32,000 bases of DNA from Cupriavidus necator (GCF_016127575.1 NZ_CP066018.1:2550001-2582000); one strand, 5' to 3'. Shown: positions 1 to 10,664, numbered from the stretch's first letter. The notes: a model not told the origin generated them from the letters alone. Made by a program: numbers and translations.

Positions 1-930
1 GTCGACCAGCTGCTTGAGCTTGCGCTTGCTGGTGATGGCGTAGGTCAGGTTCAGCCGCGCGAACTCATACTGGTGCGGCAGCGGGTCGCGAAACACGCCG
101 CTATCGCGCAGGTGCTCAAGCACCCAGTCGTACAGCGGGCGGTTGTTCTCGAACTCCAGCGTGCACAGCGAATGCGTGATGTTCTCGAGCGCGTCCGAGA
201 TGCAGTGGGTGAAGTCGTACATCGGGTAGATGCACCACTTGTCGCCCGTGCGGTGGTGATGCGCATGGCGGATGCGGTAGAGCACCGGGTCGCGCATCAC
301 GATATTGGGCGCGGTCATGTCGATCTTCGCGCGCAGCACGTGCTCGCCGTCGGCGTACTTGCCGGCGCGCATGTCGCGGAACAGCTGCAGGTTCTCTTCG
401 ACGCTGCGCTCGCGGTAGGGCGAGGGCTTGCCCGGCTCGGAGAAATTGCCGCGGCTGGCGGCGATCTGCTCGGCGGTCTGGCTGTCGATGTAGGCGGCGC
501 CGCGCTCGATCAGGGTCTCGGCAAAGGCGTAGAGCTGGTCGAAGTAGTCGCTGGCGTAGTACAGGTGCGGCTGTCTGGTGCCGTCCTTGCCCTCGCTGTC
601 CCAGGAAAAGCCCAGCCAGTGCACCGCGTCGATGATCGAATCGACGTATTCGGTGTCTTCCTTGACCGGGTTGGTGTCGTCAAAGCGCAGGTGGCAGCGG
701 CCGCCATAGTCGCGCGCCAGCCCGAAGTTCAGGCAGATGCTCTTGGCGTGGCCGATATGCAGGTAGCCGTTGGGCTCCGGCGGGAAGCGGGTGATGACGG
801 TCGGCAGCGGTTCGCCGGCCTTGTCCTGGCGGCCGGCATAGGTGCTGGCGGCGAGATCCTGGTCGATGATGCTGCGCAGGAAGTTGGAGGCGGCGGGGGT
901 GCTGTCGGTAGGCTTGTTGTCGTGGCTCAT
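1..930 (-). CDS. glnS: Glutaminyl-tRNA synthetase, N-terminal 310 codons (3' end lies beyond the window start)
   Basis: The ORF track misses it because the frame runs off the window edge. Reverse translation from the ATG at 930..928 gives [26 protein letters not shown]...[24 protein letters not shown] (class I HIGH motif)...[11 protein letters not shown]...[28 protein letters not shown]...[11 protein letters not shown] (KMSKS-type loop). This is colinear with GlnRS, and the frame stays open to base 1. Confidence 0.9.
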   Translation of the reverse strand, partial: MSHDNKPTDSTPAASNFLRSIIDQDLAASTYAGRQDKAGEPLPTVITRFPPEPNGYLHIGHAKSICLNFGLARDYGGRCHLRFDDTNPVKEDTEYVDSIIDAVHWLGFSWDSEGKDGTRQPHLYYASDYFDQLYAFAETLIERGAAYIDSQTAEQIAASRGNFSEPGKPSPYRERSVEENLQLFRDMRAGKYADGEHVLRAKIDMTAPNIVMRDPVLYRIRHAHHHRTGDKWCIYPMYDFTHCISDALENITHSLCTLEFENNRPLYDWVLEHLRDSGVFRDPLPHQYEFARLNLTYAITSKRKLKQLVD

Positions 931-1137
931 GATGGCGCCGGTTGGCCGGCCTGATGCGTCTGGGTGCTTGGGGCCGGGTCGTCAGATTGCGTGGCGGAAT
1001 GCCAATAGCGGGATTTTACCGTGCCGGAGCCGCCGCACGCCGCGAGCCGCCGCGGATTTCCGCCCTTATCCCGGATTTGCGTCCGCGCGGATGCGCCTGG
1101 CTGCGACGAAAGTGATGTGTCGGAGTAGCATGGGAGC

Positions 1138-2625
1138 GTGCCGGCCCGTGGTGGCCGGCTTTGGTCCATCGCTGCAGGAATGCCCATGAACGCCCAACCC
1201 GATGCGGCGCCAGTGCCGCTTGAGCCCTCTGAAGTCGTTGCCGCGCTGTGGCGTGATGCCGGCCTGCCCGCCGAGGCGCTGGCGCACCTGAAGCTGGACG
1301 GCGCCGAGCCGGTGCTGCCGTCGAGCTTTGCCGTGGGCACCGCCGCCCAGGCCAGCCTTGGCGCCGCGGCGCTGGCAGCCGCCGCACTGTGGCACAGCCG
1401 CACCGGCCGCTGGCAGGACGTCAGCGTCGACATGCGCCACGCCATCACCGAATTCCGCAGCGAACGCTACCTGCGCGTCGATGGTGGCCCCGCGCCCGAA
1501 CTGTGGGACAAGCTGGCCGGCATCTACCGCTGCGGCGACGGCCGCTGGGTGCGCCTGCATACCAATTTCCCGCACCACCGCGACGGCGTGGTGCGCTTGC
1601 TCGGCTGCGCCAATGACAAGGCGGCCGTGCAGGCCGCGCTGGAAAAGCGGGACGCCGAAGCCTTCGAGACCGCGGCGTCCGACGCGGGCCTGGTGGTTGC
1701 GGCATTGCGCAGCTTCGAGGAATGGGACCGCCATCCGCAGGCGGCCGCCTTGCGCGGCCTGCCGCCGGTGACGCTGGAGCGCATCGGCGACGCCCCGCCA
1801 CAACCACTGCCGGCGCCCGCATCCGCGGATGCGCAGCCGCTGTCGGGCGTGCGCGTGCTCGATTTCACCCGCATCATCGCCGGCCCGGTGGCGGGCCGCA
1901 CGCTGGCCGCGCATGGCGCCGACGTGCTGCTGGTCACTGCCTCGCACCTGCCGTCGATCCCGCCGCTGGTGATCGACACCGGCCGCGGCAAGCGCAGCTG
2001 CCAGCTGGACCTGCGCGATCCCGATGACAAGCGCACCCTGCACAAGCTGCTGCACGGTGCCGACGTGATGGTGCAGGGCTACCGGCCCGGCGGCCTGGCC
2101 GAGCTGGGCGTGGGGCCGGAGGCCGCGGCGCGCGCACGTCCGGGCATCGTCTATGTGTCGCTGAGCGCCTATGGCCATGTGGGGCCGTGGTCGCACAAGC
2201 GCGGCTTCGATTCGCTGGTGCAGACCGCCACCGGCTTCAATGATGCCGAAGCGCAGGCGGCCGGCAGCGACATGCCGCGCCCGTTGCCGGCGCAGGTGCT
2301 GGACCACGCCGCGGGCTACCTGCTGGCCTTCGGCGCGATGGCCGCGCTGCACCGGCGCGCGGTGGAGGGCGGCAGCTGGCATGTGCGGGTGTCGCTGGCG
2401 CAGGTGGGGCAGTGGCTGCGCGGCCTGGGGCGCGTGCCGGACGGGCTCAAGGCGCCCGAGCAGAAGATCGACGACGTTTCCGACCTGCTTGAGGCCGTGC
2501 CGTCGGGCTTCGGCATGCTGACGGTGGTGCGTCATGCGGCGCATCTGTCGGAAACGCCGGCGCGCTGGACCTTGCCGTCCGAGCCGCTCGGCACGCACGC
2601 GCCGGAGTGGCTGCCGCGCGGCTAG
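1138..2625 (+). CDS. Family III CoA-transferase (CaiB/BaiF-like) with an atypical extra N-terminal region
   Basis: 495-aa ORF. The motif VRVLDFTRIIAGPVAGRTLAAHGADVLLV is followed by NR-K-S-like GKRSCQLDL, MVQGYRPGGL, LDHAAGY and the C-terminal PLGTHAPEW tail typical of the family. The true start may be the ATG at 1180 or 1186, since AGGA at 1175-1178 favours 1186. Confidence 0.8.
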   Translation: MPARGGRLWSIAAGMPMNAQPDAAPVPLEPSEVVAALWRDAGLPAEALAHLKLDGAEPVLPSSFAVGTAAQASLGAAALAAAALWHSRTGRWQDVSVDMRHAITEFRSERYLRVDGGPAPELWDKLAGIYRCGDGRWVRLHTNFPHHRDGVVRLLGCANDKAAVQAALEKRDAEAFETAASDAGLVVAALRSFEEWDRHPQAAALRGLPPVTLERIGDAPPQPLPAPASADAQPLSGVRVLDFTRIIAGPVAGRTLAAHGADVLLVTASHLPSIPPLVIDTGRGKRSCQLDLRDPDDKRTLHKLLHGADVMVQGYRPGGLAELGVGPEAAARARPGIVYVSLSAYGHVGPWSHKRGFDSLVQTATGFNDAEAQAAGSDMPRPLPAQVLDHAAGYLLAFGAMAALHRRAVEGGSWHVRVSLAQVGQWLRGLGRVPDGLKAPEQKIDDVSDLLEAVPSGFGMLTVVRHAAHLSETPARWTLPSEPLGTHAPEWLPRG

Positions 2626-2626
2626 G

Positions 2627-3244
2627 TTAGTAGAGCGTGGTGCGCTGCCGCTCGGGCAGGTCACGGTCGTAGGCGGCGCCGTCGATGGCGTTGTCGCTCA
2701 GCGTGGCCAGGATCTCGCCGTTGCTGGGCAGCGACTGGCGCGCCACCTGCGCATCCGCTGCCCACAGCCGCGAGCGGATCAGCGCGCGGGCGCACTGGAA
2801 GAACACTGACTGCACCGTGACCACCAGCACCGTGGTCGGGGCCTTGCCGTCGGCCAAGCAGCGCGCGACCAGCGCCGGGTCGACGCTGATCTGCGCGGTG
2901 CCGTTGACGCGGATGGTCTCGTTGATGCCGGGGATCACGAACAGCAGCCCCACGCGCGGATCGGCAACGATATTGCGCAGGCTGTCGATGCGGTTGTTGC
3001 CGCGCCGGTCGGGCAGCAGCAGCGTGTGTTCGTCCAGCACCTGCACAAAGCCCGGCGCATCGCCGCGCGGCGAGCATTCAGCCCGGTCCTCGCCCACCGT
3101 CGACAGCAGGCAGAAGGGCGCCGCCTCGATAAAGGCGCGGTAGTGCGGGTGCAGGTAGTCGACTTCCTTGGACAGCGACGGGGCCGCCGGTTGCGCGTAG
3201 AGCGCTTCCAGTTCGGCCAGCGTGGTGATGGCGTGCGAGGTCAT
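2627..3244 (-). CDS. Pyridoxamine 5'-phosphate oxidase-family (PPOX-type) FMN-binding protein, function unknown
   Basis: 205-aa ORF with SPRGDAPGFVQVLDEHTLLLPDRRGNNRIDSLRNIVADPRVGLLFVIPGINETIRVNG, the pattern of the split-barrel FMN-binding PNPOx-like family. Confidence 0.8.
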   Translation of the reverse strand: MTSHAITTLAELEALYAQPAAPSLSKEVDYLHPHYRAFIEAAPFCLLSTVGEDRAECSPRGDAPGFVQVLDEHTLLLPDRRGNNRIDSLRNIVADPRVGLLFVIPGINETIRVNGTAQISVDPALVARCLADGKAPTTVLVVTVQSVFFQCARALIRSRLWAADAQVARQSLPSNGEILATLSDNAIDGAAYDRDLPERQRTTLY

Positions 3245-3300
3245 GGCAGGCGGGGCGTGGGTCGGCGGGAGGCGAAACCGTCAATGTAGCGCAGATGCCG

Positions 3301-4161
3301 TTACACGGTCACGGTACCCCGGCCGATCTCCAGCACGCGGCCGCCCACGCGGATGGTGCCTTCGGCATCGGCCTTCAGGCGCAGCCGGCAGGGGCGGCCA
3401 ACGGCCTCGCCCTGGTCGATCGCATACTCGGCCGGCAGCGCGTGGCCGGTGGCCAGCAGCCAGCCGCCGAGGTTGGCGCAGGCCGAACCCGTGCCCGGGT
3501 CCTCGGCCACGCCGCCGCCTTGCTTGGTGAAGAAGTAGCGCGACAGCACGCGGCCGGGCTGCTCCGGGTCGAAAGCAAAGACGTAGACGGTCTTGCGGCC
3601 CAGGCTGCTCTGCGGCCAGATCTGCAGGCGCGCGCTGTCGGGGTTGGCGCGGCGCACGGCATCGGTGCCGCGCACTGCCACCAGCAGCTGGTCGGCGCCC
3701 GTGTCGACCCACATCGGCGACACCAGCAGGTCGTGTTCCCGCAGGCCGAGCAGGCTGGCGATGTCGGCATCGGACAGGCCCGCCGGCGCGGTCTTCGGCT
3801 TGCCGCTGTGGGGGGCGGTGAAGGTCCAGACATCGCCCTGCGCGGTCACCGGCACCACGCCCGCCGCGAACTCCAGCGTCAGCGCGTCGCCGGTTCCGGC
3901 CAGGTCGCGCACAGCGTGCGCGGTGCCCAGCGTCGGATGGCCGGCGAAGCGCATTTCATAGCCCGGCGTGAAGATGCGCACCCGCGCGCTGGCACGTTCC
4001 GACGGCAGGATAAAGGTGGTTTCCGACAGGTTGAACTGCAGCGCCAGTGCCTGCATGGTGGCCTCGTCCATACCGCGCGCATCCTCGAACACGCATAGCG
4101 GATTGCCACCGAAGGTGGCTTCGGCAAAGACGTTGAGCAGGCGGAAGGCGTAGGTGGTCAT
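3301..4161 (-). CDS. PhzF-family (phenazine biosynthesis-like) isomerase/epimerase-fold protein
   Basis: From the internal ATG at 4161: MTTYAFRLLNVFAEATFGGNPLCVF...FNLSETTFILP...RIFTPGYEMRFAGHPTLG...EDPGTGSACANLGGWL, which are PhzF/YddE family hallmarks including the SETTF Glu. The longer track ORF up to 4569 has a low-complexity Arg/Gly/Pro extension that crosses the ggt terminator. Confidence 0.85.
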   Translation of the reverse strand: MTTYAFRLLNVFAEATFGGNPLCVFEDARGMDEATMQALALQFNLSETTFILPSERASARVRIFTPGYEMRFAGHPTLGTAHAVRDLAGTGDALTLEFAAGVVPVTAQGDVWTFTAPHSGKPKTAPAGLSDADIASLLGLREHDLLVSPMWVDTGADQLLVAVRGTDAVRRANPDSARLQIWPQSSLGRKTVYVFAFDPEQPGRVLSRYFFTKQGGGVAEDPGTGSACANLGGWLLATGHALPAEYAIDQGEAVGRPCRLRLKADAEGTIRVGGRVLEIGRGTVTV

Positions 4162-4278
4162 GGCGCGGGGGGCTCCGGAGGCTGGTTGATCACCAGTGTA
4201 CGGAGCGGGGGCGGACACGCCATGCACAGTTGGGCCGATCGCCGGCGGGCCAGTTGCGGACAGTTGTGCCGTGCCATG

Positions 4279-4303
4279 AAAAACGCCCGGGCGGACCCGG
4301 GCG
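4279..4303 (-). terminator. Rho-independent terminator downstream of the gamma-glutamyltransferase gene
   Basis: The minus strand reads CGCCCGGG-TCCG-CCCGGGCG followed by TTTTT. It lies 32 nt after the stop codon at 4335. Confidence 0.55.
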
Positions 4304-4334
4304 TATCGCTGGCGAGGGCACTGAGTCAGCCGGC

Positions 4335-5960
4335 TCAGAACCCCACTGCCTGGCCATCGCGCCGGCTGTCGCTGGCCGCGACATAGCCGTGCTCGGCGTC
4401 CTCCGACAGGCGCCAGATGAACTGGCCCGAGCCGAAGTCCATGTACGGATCGTCCACCGACTTGAGCTGGTGGCCGCGCGCCTTCAGGCCCGCGACCGTG
4501 GCCGGGTCCATGGTGCTTTCCACATCCAGCGTGAAGTCGCGGTTGACCTTCCAGCGCGGCGCGCAGCACGCGGCCTGTGGCTGCTGGTTGTAATCCAGCA
4601 TGCGCACCACGGTCTGCAGGTGGCCCTGCGGCTGCATGTCGCCGCCCATCACGCCGAAGCTCATCACCGGCTGGCCGTCCCTGGTCAGGAAGGCCGGGAT
4701 GATTGTGTGGAACGGACGCTTGCCGCCCGCGACCACGTTGGCCGACTTCGGGTCCATCGAGAAGCCCACGCCGCGGTTCTGCAGGCTGATGCCGGTGCCC
4801 GGCACCACCACGCCCGAGCCGAAGCCCATGTAGTTGGACTGGATGAACGAGATCATCATGCCGTTCTCGTCGGCGGCGGTCAGGTAGATGGTGCCGCCCA
4901 CCTTGGGCATGCCGAAGTCGAAATGCGTGGCGCGCTGCATGTCGATCAGCTTCGCGCGTGACTTCAGGTAGGCGTCATCGAGCATTTCCTCCGGCGTGAC
5001 TTCCATGCTGCGCGGGTCGGCCACGTAGCGGTAGAGGTCGGCAAAGGCCAGCTTCATTGCCTCGATCTGCAGGTGCTGAGAATCGACCGAGTCCACCGGG
5101 ATCGAAGCCATGTCGAACTGGTCCAGGATGCCCAGCGCGATCAGCGCGGCGATGCCCTGGCCGTTGGGCGGGATCTCGTGCAGCTCGTAGCCGCGGTAGG
5201 ACTTGCTGATCGGCTTGACCCAGTCGGGGCGGTAGTTGCGCAGGTCATCGAGCGTCATGGCGCCGCCGCACTGCTGGCTGAAGGCGGCAATCTGCTCGGC
5301 GATCTCGCCTTCATAGTAAGCGCGGCCACGGGTCGCGCCGATCTTGCGCAGGGTTTCGGCGGCAGCCTTCATGGTGAACTTCTCGCCCACCGCGGGTGCG
5401 CGGCCATTGGGCATGAAGGTCTCGGCATAGCCGGGCTGGTCCTTCAGTTCAGGCACCGCGGCGGCCCACTTGTGTGCCACCACCGGCGGCACGGCATAGC
5501 CGCGCTCGGCGATCTCGATCGCCGGCTCCATCAGGTCGGCGAACGGCAGCTTGCCGAAGCGCTCATGCAGCGCGGCCCAGCCGGCGACCACGCCGGGCAC
5601 GGTGACCGAGTCCCAGCCGCGGATCGGGCGGTTGGCCAGGCCGTTGGCATCGGTGCCGTACTTGTTCTTGAAGTATTCCGGGCTCCACGCCGCCGGGGCC
5701 ACGCCCGACGAGTTCAGGCCGTGCAGTTCCTTGCCGTCCCACAGGATGGCAAAGGCATCGCTGCCCAGGCCGCACGACACCGGCTCGACGATGGTGATCG
5801 CGGCGGCCGCGGCGATGGCGGCATCGACCGCATTGCCGCCCTTGAGCAGCATGCGCAGTCCGGCTTGCGCAGCCAGCGGGTGCGAGGTGGAAACCACGTT
5901 GCGCGCAAACAGCGGGATGCGCACGGAGGGGTAGGGGTTGGTCCAGTTGAAGTTCTGCAT
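4335..5960 (-). CDS. Gamma-glutamyltransferase family protein with no obvious signal peptide
   Basis: 541 aa. The N-terminus is VVSTSHPLAAQAGLRMLLKGGNAVDAAIAAAAAITIVEP and the autoprocessing-type segment is PKVGGTIYLTAADENGMMISFIQSNYMGFGSG, both typical of Ntn-hydrolase GGT proteins. The N-terminus MQNFNWTNPYPSVRIP is not signal-like. Confidence 0.85.
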   Translation of the reverse strand: MQNFNWTNPYPSVRIPLFARNVVSTSHPLAAQAGLRMLLKGGNAVDAAIAAAAAITIVEPVSCGLGSDAFAILWDGKELHGLNSSGVAPAAWSPEYFKNKYGTDANGLANRPIRGWDSVTVPGVVAGWAALHERFGKLPFADLMEPAIEIAERGYAVPPVVAHKWAAAVPELKDQPGYAETFMPNGRAPAVGEKFTMKAAAETLRKIGATRGRAYYEGEIAEQIAAFSQQCGGAMTLDDLRNYRPDWVKPISKSYRGYELHEIPPNGQGIAALIALGILDQFDMASIPVDSVDSQHLQIEAMKLAFADLYRYVADPRSMEVTPEEMLDDAYLKSRAKLIDMQRATHFDFGMPKVGGTIYLTAADENGMMISFIQSNYMGFGSGVVVPGTGISLQNRGVGFSMDPKSANVVAGGKRPFHTIIPAFLTRDGQPVMSFGVMGGDMQPQGHLQTVVRMLDYNQQPQAACCAPRWKVNRDFTLDVESTMDPATVAGLKARGHQLKSVDDPYMDFGSGQFIWRLSEDAEHGYVAASDSRRDGQAVGF

Positions 5961-6012
5961 GCTTGTCTGTGTCCTTGTGCTCGGTGCGCCCGTAGCGCAA
6001 ATTCTGCGGCCC

Positions 6013-6990
6013 TTATTCTGCCGTGATCTTGCGATCCTTGATCAGCTTGCCCCAGCGCGCGCTGTCCTTCTTCACCATCGCGGCGAACTGCGCCGGCGTG
6101 CCGCCGACCGGCTCGGCGCCCAGCTTGCCCAGGCGTTCCTTGACCTCGGGCGACTGGATGGCCTTGTTGAACTCGGCATTCAGGCGGTTGACGATATCCG
6201 CCGGCAGGCCCTTGGGGCCATAGATGCCGAACCAGGTGTCGGACTCGAAGCCGGGCAGGCCCGACTCACTCGCGGTGGGGATTTCCGGTGCCAGCGGCGA
6301 GCGCTTGGCGCTGGTCACTGCCAGTGCCTTGAGCTTGCCGTCCTTCACATGCGGCAGGCCCGACACGATGCTGTCGAACAGCACCTGCACCTTGCCCGAG
6401 ATCAGGTCCGGCACGGCCAGCGCGGTGCCGCGGTAGGGGATGTGGGTGATGAACACGCCCGCCTGCGCCTTGAAGGCCTCGGCGGTCAGGTGCACCACGG
6501 TGCCGTTGCCGCTGGAGGCGTAGTTCAGCTCGCCGGGATGCTTCTTGGCGTAGTCGATCAGCTCGCGCACGTTTTTCGCCGGCAGGCTGTTCGGCACCAC
6601 CAGCAGGTTGGTGGCGATCGCGACCTGGCTGACCGGGGTGAAGTCGGTCTCGGTGTTGTATGGCAGGCGGGTGTTGATATACGGCCCGATCGAGTGCGTG
6701 CTGGTGGTGGCGATCAGCAGCGTATAGCCATCGGGAGCGGCCTTGGCGGCCATGTCCGAGCCGATCGCGCCGCCGGCGCCGGGGCGGTTGTCGACCACGA
6801 TCTGCTGGCCCAGGTTGGCGCCCACCTTCTGCGCGATGGCGCGTGCCAGCAGGTCGGTCGCGCCGCTGGCCGGGAAGGGCACGATCAGGCGGATCGGCTT
6901 GCTGGGATAGGTATCGGCCAGTGCGGGCGTGGCGGCCAGGCAAAGCCCGCAGCCAAGGCCGATGCCGAAGCGGCGCAGCCAGGATTTCAT
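6013..6990 (-). CDS. Bug-family (TctC-like) periplasmic solute-binding receptor of tripartite tricarboxylate transporters
   Basis: 325 aa. The signal peptide MKSWLRRFGIGLGCGLCLAATPALA is followed by DTYPSKPIRLIVPFPASGATDLLAR...VVDNRPGAGGAIG. GGAGA lies 5-6 nt upstream of the ATG. Confidence 0.85.
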   Translation of the reverse strand: MKSWLRRFGIGLGCGLCLAATPALADTYPSKPIRLIVPFPASGATDLLARAIAQKVGANLGQQIVVDNRPGAGGAIGSDMAAKAAPDGYTLLIATTSTHSIGPYINTRLPYNTETDFTPVSQVAIATNLLVVPNSLPAKNVRELIDYAKKHPGELNYASSGNGTVVHLTAEAFKAQAGVFITHIPYRGTALAVPDLISGKVQVLFDSIVSGLPHVKDGKLKALAVTSAKRSPLAPEIPTASESGLPGFESDTWFGIYGPKGLPADIVNRLNAEFNKAIQSPEVKERLGKLGAEPVGGTPAQFAAMVKKDSARWGKLIKDRKITAE

Positions 6991-7061
6991 TCTTGTCTCC
7001 GGTGTCAGGCGATTGGCCCCGATTCATGAGCCGGCCTTCATTATTCCGTGCTGCCGGTCAC

Positions 7062-7082
7062 AAAGAAAGCTAATATTTCTTT
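7062..7082. promoter_or_regulatory. Candidate LysR-type operator in an AT-rich divergent promoter region
   Basis: Dyad AAAGAAA-N7-TTTCTTT lies between the divergent Bug gene (start 6990) and LysR gene (start 7154). It is flanked by direct copies of GTCACAA at 7057 and 7088. Confidence 0.3.
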
Positions 7083-7153
7083 CCAATGTCACAAGGAAAT
7101 CTTAAGGATCAGCCCTTGCCGGCATATGCCTGACTCTTCCCTTCTGTGCACCG

Positions 7154-8038
7154 ATGAGCACTGTCCGCTTCCTCCGTACCTTCGTTGCCGTGGCCGAGCA
7201 CGGCTCCTTTGCCGCCGCTGCCGGCCAGGTGGCGCTGACCCAGGCCGCCGTCAGCCTGCAGATGCGCGCGCTGGAGACCGAATTGCGCCGCGAGCTGTTC
7301 GACCGCAACGGCCGCGTGGCCGTGCTCAATGCCGACGGCCGCGCGCTGCTGCCGCAGGCGCGGCGCATGCTGGCGCTGTATGAAGAGATGCGCCTGCCGC
7401 TGGCCTCGGACGAAGCCATGGCGGGTGCGGTGGCGGTGGGTGCGGTGGTGTCGGTGATGGGAGGGCTGTCACATGCGGTGGCGCATATGAAGCGCACTTA
7501 TCCTGCGCTCGACGTGCGCCTGGTCGGCGCCAAGTCGATCGAGCTGGCGGCGCAGGTCGAGGCCGGCGAGCTGGATGCCGCCATCCTGGTCGAGGGCGCC
7601 GCGCGCGTGCCCGGCACGCTGCGCTGGACGCCGCTGTACCAGGAGCCGCTGGTGGCGATCGCGGCACGCGGCAGCCCGGGCCGCGACGCACGCGAGGCGC
7701 TCGCCACCAATCCCTACCTGCGCTTCGACCGCAGCCAGCGCACCGGCGTGCTGGTCGAGCGCGCGCTGCGCCGCGCGCACCTGAAGGTCAACGAGTTCCT
7801 GGAGCTGAACGCGATCGAGGCGCTGGTGGAACTGGTGCGGCAGGAGGTCGGCGTGACCGTGGTGCCGCTGCTGCGCCGCGCGCGCTGGCGCGACGACGAG
7901 GCGCTGCGCATCCTGCCGCTGCTGGTCAACGGCGAGCCGGTGATGCGTCACATCGGCATGCTGGAACGGCGCGACCACGGGCGCGGGAAGGTGACCGCGG
8001 CAGTACGGGCGGCCTGCAGCGAGCTGTTCGGCGCCTAG
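7154..8038 (+). CDS. LysR-family transcriptional regulator
   Basis: 294 aa. The N-terminal wHTH is LRTFVAVAEHGSFAAAAGQVALTQAAVSLQMRALETEL. It is divergent from the Bug/GGT genes. Confidence 0.85.
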   Translation: MSTVRFLRTFVAVAEHGSFAAAAGQVALTQAAVSLQMRALETELRRELFDRNGRVAVLNADGRALLPQARRMLALYEEMRLPLASDEAMAGAVAVGAVVSVMGGLSHAVAHMKRTYPALDVRLVGAKSIELAAQVEAGELDAAILVEGAARVPGTLRWTPLYQEPLVAIAARGSPGRDAREALATNPYLRFDRSQRTGVLVERALRRAHLKVNEFLELNAIEALVELVRQEVGVTVVPLLRRARWRDDEALRILPLLVNGEPVMRHIGMLERRDHGRGKVTAAVRAACSELFGA

Positions 8039-8062
8039 CTGTCGCCGTGCCATAACCAAGTC

Positions 8063-8077
8063 CTATCGCGCGGATAG
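8063..8077. promoter_or_regulatory. Candidate LysR/OxyR-type half operator upstream of katG
   Basis: CTAT-N7-ATAG dyad (CTATCgcgcgGATAG) lies in the AT-richer katG upstream region. A TATATT hexamer sits at 8112-8117. A full four-element OxyR pattern is not visible. Confidence 0.25.
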
Positions 8078-8097
8078 TCAGAAACACGTTCTCCTGA

Positions 8098-10521
<2,424 letters not shown>

Positions 10522-10532
10522 ACGGTCGCGTG

Positions 10533-10569
10533 GCCCCGTCAGGGCCGTCCTCCCTGACGGGGCTTTCTC
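10533..10569 (+). terminator. Intrinsic terminator of katG
   Basis: GCCCCGTCAGGG-ccgtcct-CCCTGACGGGGC followed by TTTCTC, starting 12 nt after the katG stop. Confidence 0.5.
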
Positions 10570-10606
10570 AACCCGGGTGTGAGCGGCGCAGTGGACGCGT
10601 CGCCGA

Positions 10607-10639
10607 CACAATGACAAGCGGCCGGCAAGCGCCGGCCGC
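10607..10639 (-). terminator. Candidate terminator of the YbaK-like gene
   Basis: The minus strand reads GCGGCCGGC-gctt-GCCGGCCGC followed by TTGTCATTGTG, an interrupted T tract. Confidence 0.4.
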
Positions 10640-10664
10640 GTGGCCTGCCAGGGCATGCCCCCGC

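Noticed and set aside
73-954. 293-aa plus-strand ORF at the window start
   Set aside because: It is the antisense shadow of glnS. The minus strand translates into an unmistakable GlnRS N-terminal half with HIGH and KMSKS-type motifs. The plus-strand product is Ala/Val/Arg/Gly-rich with no recognisable motif.
1066-2664. 532-aa minus-strand ORF opposite the first CoA-transferase gene
   Set aside because: It has Arg/Ala/Gly/His-rich composition typical of antisense frames in GC-rich DNA. The plus-strand frame carries clear family III CoA-transferase motifs.
4162-4569. N-terminal 136-codon extension of the PhzF-like ORF in the track (3301..4569). Similar upstream extensions occur at 8107..8265 (katG), 18270..18380 (CoA-transferase), 25867..26112 (aldolase), 13534..13647 (antiporter), 11139..11249 (YbaK-like) and 28814..28870 (TusA).
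   Set aside because: The extensions are low-complexity and cross terminators or overlap neighbouring genes. Family-typical N-termini with Shine-Dalgarno sequences are found at the internal starts used in the feature table.
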